A stretch of DNA of 64,000 nucleotides from a virus. The notes beneath the pieces are model-generated. The model worked only from the letters and a program-made list of their open reading frames with translations, was not told where the DNA came from and ran no database searches. Each line of letters starts with the position of its first letter. The first letter of the stretch is position 1. The stretch is taken from positions 3,272-67,271 of the IMG/VR virus record IMGVR_UViG_3300025652_000055. The stretch is one strand, 5' to 3'. Shown piece by piece: positions 20,383 to 31,834 of the stretch. A program made the translations under genes and the position numbers.

Positions 20383-21162
20383 ATGGAAAAAACAAAAACA
20401 AAAAAACTACTAGGAATACCTGACGGTGTTCAGTGGGAAATAAAAGACAGGCTTTATACAATGGAAGCCAAAAACAAACCTCTAGTATATACAATACCAT
20501 CAAAGCACTCGTCTAAAAGACCATTGTTATATTTTGATGAAAAACTTGGATATCAAAGAGAACTTAAGTATGCTACTAATATGGCTAGTCCTTTAGTAGA
20601 CGAACAAGAAGGTGAAGCTACATTAGGTAGAATCATAATGAGAAACGGTAAGTTGTTTGTACCAAAAGAAGAGCAATGCTTACAAAAACTATTATCAATT
20701 TATCACCCATTAAAAGGTAGTATTTATTCAGAATACGATAAAGTTGAAGAGGCTCAAGATGATCTAGCTTACATGGAGTACGAAATAGAAGCTTTATTAG
20801 CTGCTAAAGCATTAGATGTTGACGCGGCAGAAGCTATATTAAGAGCTCAAATAGGTAGTGATGTTAACGAATTAACAAGCAAAGAAGTAAAAAGAGACGT
20901 TTTACTAATGGCTAGAAGAAACCCAGGAATGTTTCTACAGTTAGCTAATGATGAAAATGTTGAATTAAGAAACTTTGGGGCTAAGGCAGTTGAACAAAAC
21001 CTTATAAAATTATCAGCAGATCAAAGGATATTTTCATATCCTAATGGTAAAAAGCTATGTACTGTTCCTTATGACGAACATCCATATAATGCTTTAGCTG
21101 CTTGGTTTAAGACTGATCAAGGAATGGAAGTCTATAAGCAGTTTGCTAAAAAAGTAAAATAA
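20383..21162 (+). CDS. hypothetical protein (head module)
   Basis: 259 aa ORF downstream of the capsid gene. Confidence 0.6.
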   Translation: MEKTKTKKLLGIPDGVQWEIKDRLYTMEAKNKPLVYTIPSKHSSKRPLLYFDEKLGYQRELKYATNMASPLVDEQEGEATLGRIIMRNGKLFVPKEEQCLQKLLSIYHPLKGSIYSEYDKVEEAQDDLAYMEYEIEALLAAKALDVDAAEAILRAQIGSDVNELTSKEVKRDVLLMARRNPGMFLQLANDENVELRNFGAKAVEQNLIKLSADQRIFSYPNGKKLCTVPYDEHPYNALAAWFKTDQGMEVYKQFAKKVK

Positions 21163-21171
21163 AAATGTAAA

Positions 21172-21193
21172 GTAACCGCCTTCGGGCGGTTGC
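21172..21193 (+). terminator. hairpin/terminator
   Basis: GTAACCGCC-TTCG-GGCGGTTGC. Confidence 0.65.
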
Positions 21194-21212
21194 ATTTACT
21201 TAAAAATAAAAT

Positions 21213-21374
21213 ATGGCTTTTAACATGAAACAAAAAGGCTTCGGCGATACTGTTGAGGCTATTACAAAAGCTACAGGAATAAAAAAAGTAGTTGAAAAAA
21301 TAAGCGAAGCTACAGGTAGAGACTGTGGTTGCGATAAAAGAAAAGAATATTTAAATAAAAAATTCCCTTATTAA
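21213..21374 (+). CDS. small protein with CGC motif (53 aa)
   Basis: MAFNMKQKGFGDTVEAITKATGIK...DCGCDKRKEYLNKKFPY; below the ORF-track cutoff. Confidence 0.7.
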   Translation: MAFNMKQKGFGDTVEAITKATGIKKVVEKISEATGRDCGCDKRKEYLNKKFPY

Positions 21375-21376
21375 TT

Positions 21377-22078
21377 ATGGCTGTAAGTGTAGATACCGTT
21401 TATCAGACTGTTTTGAGTACTTTAAACAAAGAGCAACGTGGCTATGTCACACCTCAAGAGTTTAATTTATTTGCAGAGCAAGCTCAACTAGATATATTTG
21501 AACAATATTTCTACGACATAAATCAATTTGGTAGACTGCACGGTAATAGTACAGAATATTCAGACATGCTAGATATACTTGAAGAAAAAATAAGTATATT
21601 TGAAGCACCACCAGTGAATGTTACTATGGCTAACACGGGTATAGGTACTTTGCCAGCTAACTATAGGTTAGGTAATGTTATGCATACTACTAACGGTGTA
21701 GCTAGAATAGTTGAAAAGCTAAACAAAAAAGACATACAGATACTTCAAATGTCTCCATTAACAACTCCAAACTTAATTAGACCAGCTTACACTAGAACAA
21801 GTGAGACTACGATACAACTCTATCCAGCTACAATAGTAGCAAATGTTACATGTGATGTCATATCAAAACCTACTGCTCCTAATTGGAATTATGTTATGGT
21901 TTATGGTGAAGCCTTGTATAATGCTACTGGTAGTACTGATTTTCAACTGCATCAATCTGAAGAAATAGCTTTAGTCGAAAAAATATTAGAGCTAGCTGGT
22001 TTATCTACCAAGGAAGTTCAGATGTATCAAATTGCAAATCAAGAAGAAATGCAAACAATCCAACAAGAAAAACAATAA
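21377..22078 (+). CDS. putative head-tail adaptor/tail ring protein
   Basis: LNKEQRGYVTPQEFN; position in the structural module. Confidence 0.55.
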   Translation: MAVSVDTVYQTVLSTLNKEQRGYVTPQEFNLFAEQAQLDIFEQYFYDINQFGRLHGNSTEYSDMLDILEEKISIFEAPPVNVTMANTGIGTLPANYRLGNVMHTTNGVARIVEKLNKKDIQILQMSPLTTPNLIRPAYTRTSETTIQLYPATIVANVTCDVISKPTAPNWNYVMVYGEALYNATGSTDFQLHQSEEIALVEKILELAGLSTKEVQMYQIANQEEMQTIQQEKQ

Positions 22079-22081
22079 GAT

Positions 22082-23248
22082 ATGCCATTATTCAACGGAA
22101 CACAACAAGGTTACTATGAGCAAAGCCAAAGCTTTGTAGGCGCTGGAGCTGGAAACCTCACGGTTGGACCAGTAACTACAGCTGCGTTTGCTACTAGACC
22201 AACTCAACAGGTTGATATAGTGGTTTTTATAAACGGCATAGAAATAAACAAAAATAGTTACTCGTATAATGGCACAAACCCAGGTGACACTACTCCTGAC
22301 GATTCTTACGATATATTATTCAATAACACAAATCCAAACACAAACGTGCAAGCTGCTGATGGATCTCCTTTAGCAGGCTTAACTGTATTGTTTAGAGAGG
22401 TTTTAGCTACCGAGCAGTTTGGTAACTATCAATATGTTTCTTTAGAGAATATAATAAACAACTTTATAATATCTTACGTGGGTGAAGATAAAATAATATC
22501 TAAAGTAAGAAGAACAGATATCGCTTTTCACGCTCAAAGAGGTTTAGCTGAGCTTAGCTACGATACTTTAAAATCTTTTAAGTCTCAAGAGATTGAAATA
22601 CCACCTTCTCTATCTATGAAATTACCTCATGATTTTGTTAACTATGTTAAATTATCTTGGCTAGACAATGATGGTATTGAAAGGATATTAATGCCTACTA
22701 GAAAAACTAGTAACCCAGAGGCGCTAATACAAGATAGTAATTACGATTACAGTTTTGACACAGATGGAACTTTGTTAGCTGCTGACGATTCTGAAACGTG
22801 GAATAAATTCAAAGATGCTACAAACAGGAATAATACAAATCCAGATACTTTAGATGAATTTGAAAGATATAGAAGTACTCAGGGTGGTAGATATGGATTA
22901 GAGCCGGAGTTTGCTAATAGCAACGGAGTTTATTTTATAGACAATCTAAGAGGTAAAATATTTTTTGATTCTAGCCTGACAGGTAAAATAATAACATTAA
23001 AGTATATAAGCGATTCACTTGGCACAGACAATGAAATGCTTGTTCATAAGTTTGCAGAAGAAGCGTTGTACAAGCACATAGCTTACGCTATACTAGCTAC
23101 AAGAGCTAACACTCAAGAGTATTTAGTCATGAGGTTTAAAAAAGAAAAGTTTGCTGCAACTCGCCAAGCTAAATTAAGATTATCAAATTTAAAATCAGAG
23201 GAACTTGCTCAAGTAATGAGAGGTAAGTCTAAGATTATAAAACACTAA
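22082..23248 (+). CDS. putative tail ring/tubular protein
   Basis: LPHDFVNYVKL motif; precedes the large tail protein. Confidence 0.55.
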   Translation: MPLFNGTQQGYYEQSQSFVGAGAGNLTVGPVTTAAFATRPTQQVDIVVFINGIEINKNSYSYNGTNPGDTTPDDSYDILFNNTNPNTNVQAADGSPLAGLTVLFREVLATEQFGNYQYVSLENIINNFIISYVGEDKIISKVRRTDIAFHAQRGLAELSYDTLKSFKSQEIEIPPSLSMKLPHDFVNYVKLSWLDNDGIERILMPTRKTSNPEALIQDSNYDYSFDTDGTLLAADDSETWNKFKDATNRNNTNPDTLDEFERYRSTQGGRYGLEPEFANSNGVYFIDNLRGKIFFDSSLTGKIITLKYISDSLGTDNEMLVHKFAEEALYKHIAYAILATRANTQEYLVMRFKKEKFAATRQAKLRLSNLKSEELAQVMRGKSKIIKH

Positions 23249-23251
23249 AAT

Positions 23252-26200
23252 ATGCCAGAATTTATTCATAACTTTACTCAGGGGAAGATGAATCATGATC
23301 TTGATGAAAGAATGGTTCCAAACGGTCAATATAGAGATGCATTAAACGTAACTGTAGCTACTTCTGAATCTAGCAATGTTGGTGCTTTGCAAAATTTAAA
23401 AGGTAATACAGAGTTGAAAGGTTCTCCAGCATCTTCTGGTAATTGGTCTTCTGATTACATAAACTCTCTTAACAACCCAGTCTGTATAGGTTCTATAAGA
23501 CATGAGCCGACAGAGTGTATATATTGGTTTGTAGCTACCGACAAGGGTACTACTAGATCAAGCGTTAGTGTTATAGCTGAGTTTAATCAAAAAACTGGTG
23601 ACGTAACACCTGTATTAGTTGACACTAAAGGTATATTAAACTTTACTAAAAATAACTTAATAACAGGTGTAAATATAATAGACGACTTATTATTCTTTAC
23701 AGATAATGTTAATGAACCCAAGAAGGTAAATATAAAAAAGTTTAAAAAAGGTTCTTCAAACGGTGGTACACCTAGTTTCAGTGTACACAGTAAAATTCCA
23801 ACTTACAACACTTCTAACAGAAACTATACTTATAATTCTTCTGGCGCTGACTTTGCAGAAGAAGATATTACTGTTATTAAAAAATCTCCATTAGATGAAC
23901 CGGGTTTATCTATGTCAGCTTCGCTGGTAAACGGTCCTGGAACAGGCACCGATCCTATAACCACAACTTACTCTTTAAACAACTACTACAACTTTACGTA
24001 CATAACAGAAGCCGCTACTAATAACTCACCAGCGGAGTACAAGCCACTACCAACGTTTCAAGAATATCAAGAAGCTTTAGGTACCGGTGGAGCGTTTCCA
24101 ACTAATATGGAGTTTGTAAACATAGTTGTATCAGCAGTACCAACAGGTTACGAGCCTGGTGACGTTATAGTTCTTAGTGGAAGCTATATAAATGACTACA
24201 ACAACGAAGATGAATACACTATAAGATTAGAGATAGATTTCGTAAACGGAGCTAATTTAAGGTGTAAGATTCAATCTATACCTAATAAGATATTAAGATT
24301 TGGAGCAGATCAAGACGAGCTAATAACATGGGAGGTTCTATTAGAAGAGAAAGATCCTATGTTTGAATTTGATTTTCCAAGATTTGCTTACAGATGGAAG
24401 TATGAAAATGGTGAGTACTCTACTTTTTCACCTTTTTCTGGACCAGCGTTTATAGGTGGTCAATTTGAATACTTATCTTCTGATGGTTATAACTTAGGTA
24501 TGAGAAACAACCTAAGGTCTTTAAGTATAAATAATCTTTACTGGGGAAGTACAGAGGTTGTTGAACTAGATATATTGTACAAAGCATCTAACAGTAACAC
24601 TGTGTATGTAGTAGATACCTTAAAGGATAGAACTAAAACTAGCTTTACTATTAAAAATGAATTAATTGGAGCCGCTGTAGAAGCTAACCAACTACTCAGA
24701 CCTTGGGATAACGTTCCAAGAAAAGCTAAAGCTCAAGAGGTTTCAGCTAATAGACTTATATACGCTAACTATATACAAAATTATAATGTTCCAAAAGTTG
24801 GTCTTATTTTAAGTTTAGCTACAAACAATCACACTGGTTTAAATGAAGAATCTGATACGTTTAGAGAACCAATACAAAGCGTAAAGTCTATAAGAAAATA
24901 TCAACTAGGTATTGTGTTTCAAGACGCTTACGGAAGACAAACACCGGTTTTTTCGGATGCAAACGCTACTATAAGCATAGATAAAGATGCAGCTGTTGGT
25001 GTTAGCAAATTTATAGCCACCGTACCGCCTGTACAAAATATGCCTAGCTGGGTAACGCATTATAAGTATTTTATTAAAGATACATCTAACGAATACTACA
25101 ACTTAGCTTTAGATAGATTTTATTTTGCTGAAGATGGCAACGTTTGGTTGAGTTTCCCTTCATCAGAAAGAAGTAAAGTTCAAATAGATAGTTATCTTAT
25201 ACTAAAAAAACAACACGACGTAGATAATCCTTCTATTGGTCCTTGTAGATATAAAGTTTTAGATGTTCAGTCTCAAGCTCCTGAGTTTGTTGCTAATTCT
25301 AAAAAGATTATAGCTTCAGCTCGCTGTGAAGTTGACGCTGGTTTTCAAGAAGATTTCTCTTTAATAACTTTTACAGGACCTAACGCTGATGATAATTCTC
25401 AGTTTGCAACAGCTTTTAATGGCGATAGCTTTATTACAATATCCGACGGTGGTAATACAACAGACATATTAGGGGTTAAATTTGGTGGACCTGTTTCAAG
25501 TAATGGTACAATGTACGAGGTGCAGTTAGACGAGCCATTTGGAGCAGACGCTTCTTTCTTCGGGGTATCAGGTTTAGTAGAGGGTGCAACTATTACTATA
25601 AATGTTTATAAAAACGAAGAAGAAAGACTACCAGAGTTTGAAGGTAGATTTTTTGTTAAAATAAATAGAGATACAGATTTTGATGTTAACATAATAAAAA
25701 CTTTTTCAGGTTTAAATAAAAGGTACGGTATAGTTGGCGCGGCTTATGTCGATAGAGTTACCGCTAGTTCTTCTTTGAGAGGTAGTTCATCAAGATGGGG
25801 GACATTTTTTAGAGATGCGGGAGAGGCAGCTGGAAATCCGTTTGGTGACTGTACATGTCCTGATTCCTGGAGACACAAAGGTGTCGAGCTAGGTGGTAAC
25901 GGTAATAGGTTAAACGGTTTTAATGGAGTTCCTTCAAATTCAAGAGTATTTATAGATGGTCAAACAGGTATGGAGCAGGCTTTTCACGCTGGTGCCGCTT
26001 ATAATAGAGAGTGGTTAGGTATTCTTAGAGCTGGTTTTTCAAATCCTATTTACGAACACTTAGGTAGTCAAAAAGCGTTTTTTGCAGAAAAAGCTGTAAA
26101 AGGGGCTTTAGTAAGAATAGTACACATAGACGGTAGAGTTTCTAAACCTTATGAAATTAAAAACCACTGGAGATTCAGAGGTGCTAGGGGAATAAGAAGA

Positions 26201-28750
26201 TGTTTTTGTGTGGATGGTTGTGGTGACTGTCAAAAAAGTACGCTTGGAAGTAATAGAGTTTTTTCTTTAGCGTTAGAGCTAACTAGCAAGGTTCAAGAAG
26301 ACTGGGTTGGTAACGGATCAGAATCAGCCTTAACCAACATAAGAGGTTTTCAAATAGTTGAAGAAGTTATAAGTGATGATAACAAAATAATATCTTCTAA
26401 CAATCCAGCTGTTTTTGAAACAGAGCCAAAAGAAGCTGTAGATATTGATATATATTACGAAGCATCAAATGCGTTACCTATATCAACTATAAATCAACAA
26501 TCAAAAATATTAAATTACTATAACTGTTATAGCTTTGGAAATGGTGTTGAGTCTGATAGAATAAGAGATGATTTCAACGCACCTAGAATAGGTAAAGGAG
26601 TTAAAGTGTCTGCTTTACTAGATGAACCATATATGGAAGAAAGAAGGTCAAGTGGTCTTATATTTTCTCAAATATACAACTCTCAAGCAGGTATAAATAG
26701 ATTAAATCAGTTTATACAAGCACAGCCTATAACTAAAGATTTAAACCCAGAGTATGGATCTATACAAAAGCTACATTCTAGAAACACAAACTTAATTACG
26801 CTTTGTGAAGACAAATGTTTAAAAATACTAGCAAATAAAGATGCTTTATTTAACGCCGATGGAAGTGCTAATATAACTTCTAACAAGGCTGTTTTAGGAC
26901 AAGCTGTTCCTTATGCTGGTGAGTTTGGTATTAGTACAAACCCAGAGTCATTTGCTTCCTATGGATTTAGAGCTTATTTTTCAGATAAAAATAGAGGAGC
27001 TGTAATTAGATTATCACAAGACGGTATAACTAATATTGCTTTAAAAGGTATGTCTGACTTTTTTGCAGACAACTTACCTAGTTCTACTAAAATAATTGGA
27101 AGTTATAACGATGACAAAGAAAATTACAATTTAACACTAGATTATTTAACTGACGAGTGGCAAGATAAGCTTTCTAAGACACCTAAAGATAAAACACACT
27201 GTGAAGTACCTAATGATGAATCTGATGATATAGAAACAACTACAGTATCATTTAAAGAGACTGTTGACGGTTGGACTAGTAGAAAATCTTATTATACTAA
27301 GACTGGTAGTGTTTTTTACCCACTAGAAAGTGGTGAATCTTTAAATGACAAGTATTATACTTTTAATAAAGGATTAATATGGGAGCATGCCTCTAATGAT
27401 TTATATAATAATTTTTATGGAACTCAATATGATAGCTCTGTCAATGTAGTGATAAATGACGCTACAGAGTCTATCAAAGGGTTTAAAACATTAAACTACT
27501 CTGGTACTGATTCTAGAAAATACTCTTATAACACGTCCAGTGGTTTAACGGGGTTGAGTATAGATCAGGTTGTAGCTCAACAAATATCACCTTCTATAAT
27601 AAACGCTGAAAACTATACGCCTGGTTGGTATACTAACTATATCAATACTGATATGGAGGAAGGTATGATAAAAGAGTTTGCTAAGAAAGAAAATAAATAC
27701 TTCAATAAAATAAAAGGTATAAAAACTTACTACAATGATAATTGTGATAATAATATTGATTCTTCTGCTTTTCAAACTCAAGGATTAGGTTTAGCTACTG
27801 TAACTTCATCTGCTCCAACTGCATTTAAATTAACAGTTAAGGTTGACGCTTCTTGTTCTACAGGAACAGGTAATGATCCACTGCCAGACACTACTAAAAA
27901 GTTCTGGTACTACTGGACATGCACCAAAACAGGGTCTAACGTAAACGTAGATATAAGACAAACGGCAACAGACCAACTTGTTAAATGTGGTATAGAAGAG
28001 TTTTATAATAATTTCCCTAACAATTACACTGGTATTGATAAGAATTATTTTAATTTTAAATTCTTTAATTCTTCAGGTGTTAACGTGAACACTATACTTT
28101 ATAACGAAAACAACGAGTCTATATCTACTAGTGGTAAGTTTTTATATGTTGAACCAGCTTCAACGCCTGACAACAACGCTTTAAACGCTAATGTTTCTGG
28201 CACTGCTGTTCCAAATACTTACTTTATATTAACTGTAACAAACGGTGTTATAACCGCTAAAACTCAATACAATACTTTAGCTAGTTGTGGAACACCTCTT
28301 GTGGCTGTAGACTTTTCTTTGTTCGTTGGTTATAGAGTTGGTGGTAACTCTACTAATTTGTTAACCGGTACAGCAGCACAACACGGTACTCCTTCTGGAA
28401 GAGCAGCTCTAGCTAAAACACAATTAAAAGATTGGTTAACTGGTCCATTAATAGGTCAAGTGAGTTCAAATAGATTAATTAGACTATCTGATATATACAA
28501 GTATTCCGGTGCAACTGGTTTAGTTGTTGGAGCTCAGCTTCACAATGATGTTGGTCCAATTGCTACAGATGGTATATTTGGGCACAACACTAACTCAGCG
28601 CCAATACCTAATGGTTATTGGTCTTACACTTCACCATCAAGCAACTCATTAAAAACAGATGCCGGCTGGTCAAGTCTTGATAGTGCTTGGAAGTTTATAA
28701 CATTTGAAAATGGAATAGTTACTCACATAACAACAATGAATACATTATAA
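23252..28750 (+). CDS. tail stabilisation/nozzle-like protein (P22 gp10/T7 gp12-like)
   Basis: N-terminal GKMNHDLDERMVPNGQYRDALN; beta-propeller-like GEFGISTNPESF and YFSDKNRGAVIRL. Confidence 0.7.
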   Translation: MPEFIHNFTQGKMNHDLDERMVPNGQYRDALNVTVATSESSNVGALQNLKGNTELKGSPASSGNWSSDYINSLNNPVCIGSIRHEPTECIYWFVATDKGTTRSSVSVIAEFNQKTGDVTPVLVDTKGILNFTKNNLITGVNIIDDLLFFTDNVNEPKKVNIKKFKKGSSNGGTPSFSVHSKIPTYNTSNRNYTYNSSGADFAEEDITVIKKSPLDEPGLSMSASLVNGPGTGTDPITTTYSLNNYYNFTYITEAATNNSPAEYKPLPTFQEYQEALGTGGAFPTNMEFVNIVVSAVPTGYEPGDVIVLSGSYINDYNNEDEYTIRLEIDFVNGANLRCKIQSIPNKILRFGADQDELITWEVLLEEKDPMFEFDFPRFAYRWKYENGEYSTFSPFSGPAFIGGQFEYLSSDGYNLGMRNNLRSLSINNLYWGSTEVVELDILYKASNSNTVYVVDTLKDRTKTSFTIKNELIGAAVEANQLLRPWDNVPRKAKAQEVSANRLIYANYIQNYNVPKVGLILSLATNNHTGLNEESDTFREPIQSVKSIRKYQLGIVFQDAYGRQTPVFSDANATISIDKDAAVGVSKFIATVPPVQNMPSWVTHYKYFIKDTSNEYYNLALDRFYFAEDGNVWLSFPSSERSKVQIDSYLILKKQHDVDNPSIGPCRYKVLDVQSQAPEFVANSKKIIASARCEVDAGFQEDFSLITFTGPNADDNSQFATAFNGDSFITISDGGNTTDILGVKFGGPVSSNGTMYEVQLDEPFGADASFFGVSGLVEGATITINVYKNEEERLPEFEGRFFVKINRDTDFDVNIIKTFSGLNKRYGIVGAAYVDRVTASSSLRGSSSRWGTFFRDAGEAAGNPFGDCTCPDSWRHKGVELGGNGNRLNGFNGVPSNSRVFIDGQTGMEQAFHAGAAYNREWLGILRAGFSNPIYEHLGSQKAFFAEKAVKGALVRIVHIDGRVSKPYEIKNHWRFRGARGIRRCFCVDGCGDCQKSTLGSNRVFSLALELTSKVQEDWVGNGSESALTNIRGFQIVEEVISDDNKIISSNNPAVFETEPKEAVDIDIYYEASNALPISTINQQSKILNYYNCYSFGNGVESDRIRDDFNAPRIGKGVKVSALLDEPYMEERRSSGLIFSQIYNSQAGINRLNQFIQAQPITKDLNPEYGSIQKLHSRNTNLITLCEDKCLKILANKDALFNADGSANITSNKAVLGQAVPYAGEFGISTNPESFASYGFRAYFSDKNRGAVIRLSQDGITNIALKGMSDFFADNLPSSTKIIGSYNDDKENYNLTLDYLTDEWQDKLSKTPKDKTHCEVPNDESDDIETTTVSFKETVDGWTSRKSYYTKTGSVFYPLESGESLNDKYYTFNKGLIWEHASNDLYNNFYGTQYDSSVNVVINDATESIKGFKTLNYSGTDSRKYSYNTSSGLTGLSIDQVVAQQISPSIINAENYTPGWYTNYINTDMEEGMIKEFAKKENKYFNKIKGIKTYYNDNCDNNIDSSAFQTQGLGLATVTSSAPTAFKLTVKVDASCSTGTGNDPLPDTTKKFWYYWTCTKTGSNVNVDIRQTATDQLVKCGIEEFYNNFPNNYTGIDKNYFNFKFFNSSGVNVNTILYNENNESISTSGKFLYVEPASTPDNNALNANVSGTAVPNTYFILTVTNGVITAKTQYNTLASCGTPLVAVDFSLFVGYRVGGNSTNLLTGTAAQHGTPSGRAALAKTQLKDWLTGPLIGQVSSNRLIRLSDIYKYSGATGLVVGAQLHNDVGPIATDGIFGHNTNSAPIPNGYWSYTSPSSNSLKTDAGWSSLDSAWKFITFENGIVTHITTMNTL

Positions 28751-30801
28751 TGGCAGATCAAACAATTATAAATAACTATACGGTATCACAAGTTACGTAC
28801 TCTGTTACGGCAGGAACAAATGTAGCTTTGCAGCACGCTACGGCAATATTGATAATATCACCTTTAAGTGGTTATGTTGTTGTGGCTGAGGATTTTTCTT
28901 GGGTAAACACTACTTTAGCTAACATAGACACTGTTGTTTTTACGCAAGATGGGGCTGATGTTAGATGTATTGTTACTTTTGATAACCCATTCGCTATGCC
29001 TGCAGCAACAACTATATTAGCTTTATGTATAAGTGGTTCTGCTAAAATATCAACAGTTCAAGTCGTAGGTACTTACAATGCTACAGGTTCATCTACAAAT
29101 ATGACTATAGATCAAGAAAGTCCAGTTCCTGAAACAACAACCTTTGATATATCAGGAAATGCTCTTTCAGCTGTTATGTTTTTAGAAAAAACTTATACAG
29201 CAGCGAGTGGTTACTTTTTTGTTGAAGATTTTAATATAGAATATACAGGTTTCAATATGGTTGTTGACAACTACAATTGTGTTGAAACAAAGACTTATGA
29301 TGCAAATAATAAGTTAACAGCTATAAACTTAAAATTTTATTATACTTTCACAAACGAAGCAAGTATATACGGTAACAATATAAATGTTACAATTCCTGCT
29401 ACAGAAGCTACCTATGTTGTTAGTAATAAAATTAGAAATTATTCTTTTATTGGTGGTAACAATCAAGTTCAAGAACCTGGAGCTGTAAGAAAAGTTAGAA
29501 TATACGGAAACCCTACAACAACGTTCACTTTAGCTAGTGCGAACGGATCAATACTAGATATTGGTCAGCTGTCTACTGACGGTCTTGATACAATTGTGTT
29601 TTACGCAACAACACCGACTATTACAATGCCAGCTTCTGGTTATTTTGATATAAACATATACATACCGGCCTCTAGTTCAAACGTGACTTACACGTTTACA
29701 TTAGCTGGTGGTAATTTAATTAGTCCTTTCCCACAACCTAATCCTTTTTATATATATCAAAAAGCTAAAGTTAATTTAACTTTCACAGCAAGTGGTACAA
29801 ATATGGTGGTTAGTACAGTATTACCTAGTCAGACTAGTTTCGTAAAGACGTTTGACGCTAATAGTCAACCTACCAGTGGTGCTTCAACCGCTTCTCAAGT
29901 TGATTATAATTTTAAAGTAACTGGTAATGCAGGTCAAATTATAACTCTAGATAATCAAGATACCGTGGGTTACGCTACGTGGTCTAATTTAGAAAGTGTG
30001 GACAACGCCCTGTCCAGTGCTATAGCTAATACTTTAGTTTTACCTGTTGAAAGTGCTACAGGTATAGTTGCTGGTATGAGATTCTCTACACCTTACTTTT
30101 CATCAAGCGATGTATATACTGTTGCTAGTGTTAATAGTAATAACGTTACATTAACAGGTGGACCTAACTTAACATTACCAGATAACACAAACGTTAGTTT
30201 TAATAATAGAAAAGGTTCTGAATTAATACTACCTGTTAGCGTGGTTTTGAACATTGCTGGTACTGAAGCTACAATTACTGGACCTGGTACTATACAAGCG
30301 TATGGAGACTCGGATGTTACTTTTAACTTAGATTTAACCTCTGTTATTACTTTAGGATCTGCTAATGGATGTGTTGAATATGACATAGTTGTTGGTAACG
30401 CCGGTGGAACTGTAAAGTATTACGATTGTGTTACTAATACAAAAAGAGTTATATACACAAACAAAGGTGATACTAATTTTTCTATATGTGCACTATCTTC
30501 TCCAGCCCCTGTGGTATCAGGTACTATGACCTCTACTGCCAATGGTGATACTTGTGATACAACTGGTGTTGATCAAACGTGCGCTACTTGGACTATACAG
30601 TACAACCCAGCTACCACACCAAGAGCAAAACAAGTTGCTGTAACGTATGTAAACTGTGAAACATTAGCTGAAGAAACAATAAACATAGGTGTTTTATCAC
30701 CAGCTATAACACAGTGTGCTACAAGACAAACACCAGTAAGCGTTGATCCAGGTGATGGAGGAGCTACAATAACATTAACTAATCTAAATTGCACACCTTA
30801 A
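28750..30801 (+). CDS. beta-rich tail accessory protein
   Basis: Thr/Ser/Val-rich, with C-terminal Cys-containing repeats. Confidence 0.5.
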   Translation: MADQTIINNYTVSQVTYSVTAGTNVALQHATAILIISPLSGYVVVAEDFSWVNTTLANIDTVVFTQDGADVRCIVTFDNPFAMPAATTILALCISGSAKISTVQVVGTYNATGSSTNMTIDQESPVPETTTFDISGNALSAVMFLEKTYTAASGYFFVEDFNIEYTGFNMVVDNYNCVETKTYDANNKLTAINLKFYYTFTNEASIYGNNINVTIPATEATYVVSNKIRNYSFIGGNNQVQEPGAVRKVRIYGNPTTTFTLASANGSILDIGQLSTDGLDTIVFYATTPTITMPASGYFDINIYIPASSSNVTYTFTLAGGNLISPFPQPNPFYIYQKAKVNLTFTASGTNMVVSTVLPSQTSFVKTFDANSQPTSGASTASQVDYNFKVTGNAGQIITLDNQDTVGYATWSNLESVDNALSSAIANTLVLPVESATGIVAGMRFSTPYFSSSDVYTVASVNSNNVTLTGGPNLTLPDNTNVSFNNRKGSELILPVSVVLNIAGTEATITGPGTIQAYGDSDVTFNLDLTSVITLGSANGCVEYDIVVGNAGGTVKYYDCVTNTKRVIYTNKGDTNFSICALSSPAPVVSGTMTSTANGDTCDTTGVDQTCATWTIQYNPATTPRAKQVAVTYVNCETLAEETINIGVLSPAITQCATRQTPVSVDPGDGGATITLTNLNCTP

Positions 30802-30811
30802 AAAATAAATC

Positions 30812-31153
30812 ATGGCGACACAACCGATAACATTATTATTCCCTACAGCGGTAAACGTATCACTACAGGTTGGTGACACGGTTTATTATTTAGCTGCTAA
30901 CGAGGAAGTAGTAGAAATAGGTCCAATAACCAGTATAACTACAAACGCTAACGGATCAGTTACAATAGTGGCTAATATAGACACTTTAACAACACCGCCC
31001 ACAAACAGCAGTTATATATTTTTTACTAAAGATTCTCAAGGTAATACTTCTAATTTAAAAGGCTATTACGCAGAGGCACAATTTAGAAACGATAAAACAA
31101 CAGAGGTTGAATTGTTTTCAGTAGGATCAGAAATATTTGAAAGTAGTAAATAA
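30812..31153 (+). CDS. tail protein (nozzle C-terminal-like piece)
   Basis: NVSLQVGD...LKGYYAEAQFRND...ELFSVGSE. Confidence 0.55.
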   Translation: MATQPITLLFPTAVNVSLQVGDTVYYLAANEEVVEIGPITSITTNANGSVTIVANIDTLTTPPTNSSYIFFTKDSQGNTSNLKGYYAEAQFRNDKTTEVELFSVGSEIFESSK

Positions 31154-31185
31154 CCTGTAATTATAATAACATAAACAAAATTAAC

Positions 31186-31824
31186 ATGGCACAAGGAACG
31201 TATAAAAAATCACCAATAAAGCTTTTAACCGGAGGTATGATGGCTCAAGCAGCTGGAGGACTAATGGGTATTGCTGGTGGTATAATCGGTGGTGGTAAGC
31301 GTAGACGTGAACAAAGAGCTGCGCAAGCAGAAATGAATAGAAACAAAGCTAGATTTGAAAACTTAGACACTTCAAATTTAGCCGCGAACCTAGACAATGC
31401 TTACGAAGATCTAAGCGTTAATACTCAAGCTGCTGATTTTGCTAGAGATCAATCACAGCAAAACAACGCCAACATAATGAATAACATGGGTGGTGCAGCT
31501 GGTGGATCCGGAATTGCAGCTATGGCTCAAGCTTTAGCTGGTGCTGGAAATCAACAAGCGCAACAAGCAGCTGTAAGTATAGGACAACAAGAGCAAGGTA
31601 ATCAAATGAAAGCTGCTGGTGGAAGAATGAGTATTCAAAACGCTGAAATGGCAGGCGCTCAGGCTTCTAGAAACGCTGAACAAAACAAAGTGGAAACACT
31701 ATTAGGTATGTCACAACAGAGACTTGGCGCTGCTAACGCTGCTAGAGATGCAGCTACTCAATCTATAATGGGAGGAGTTGGCTCGATAGTTGGAGCCGGA
31801 GGAGACATGATAGATAATAGATAA
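31186..31824 (+). CDS. putative ejection/internal virion protein
   Basis: SPIK, then a Gly-rich hydrophobic segment and Ala/Gln-rich helices. Confidence 0.6.
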   Translation: MAQGTYKKSPIKLLTGGMMAQAAGGLMGIAGGIIGGGKRRREQRAAQAEMNRNKARFENLDTSNLAANLDNAYEDLSVNTQAADFARDQSQQNNANIMNNMGGAAGGSGIAAMAQALAGAGNQQAQQAAVSIGQQEQGNQMKAAGGRMSIQNAEMAGAQASRNAEQNKVETLLGMSQQRLGAANAARDAATQSIMGGVGSIVGAGGDMIDNR

Positions 31825-31834
31825 AAAAAACAAA

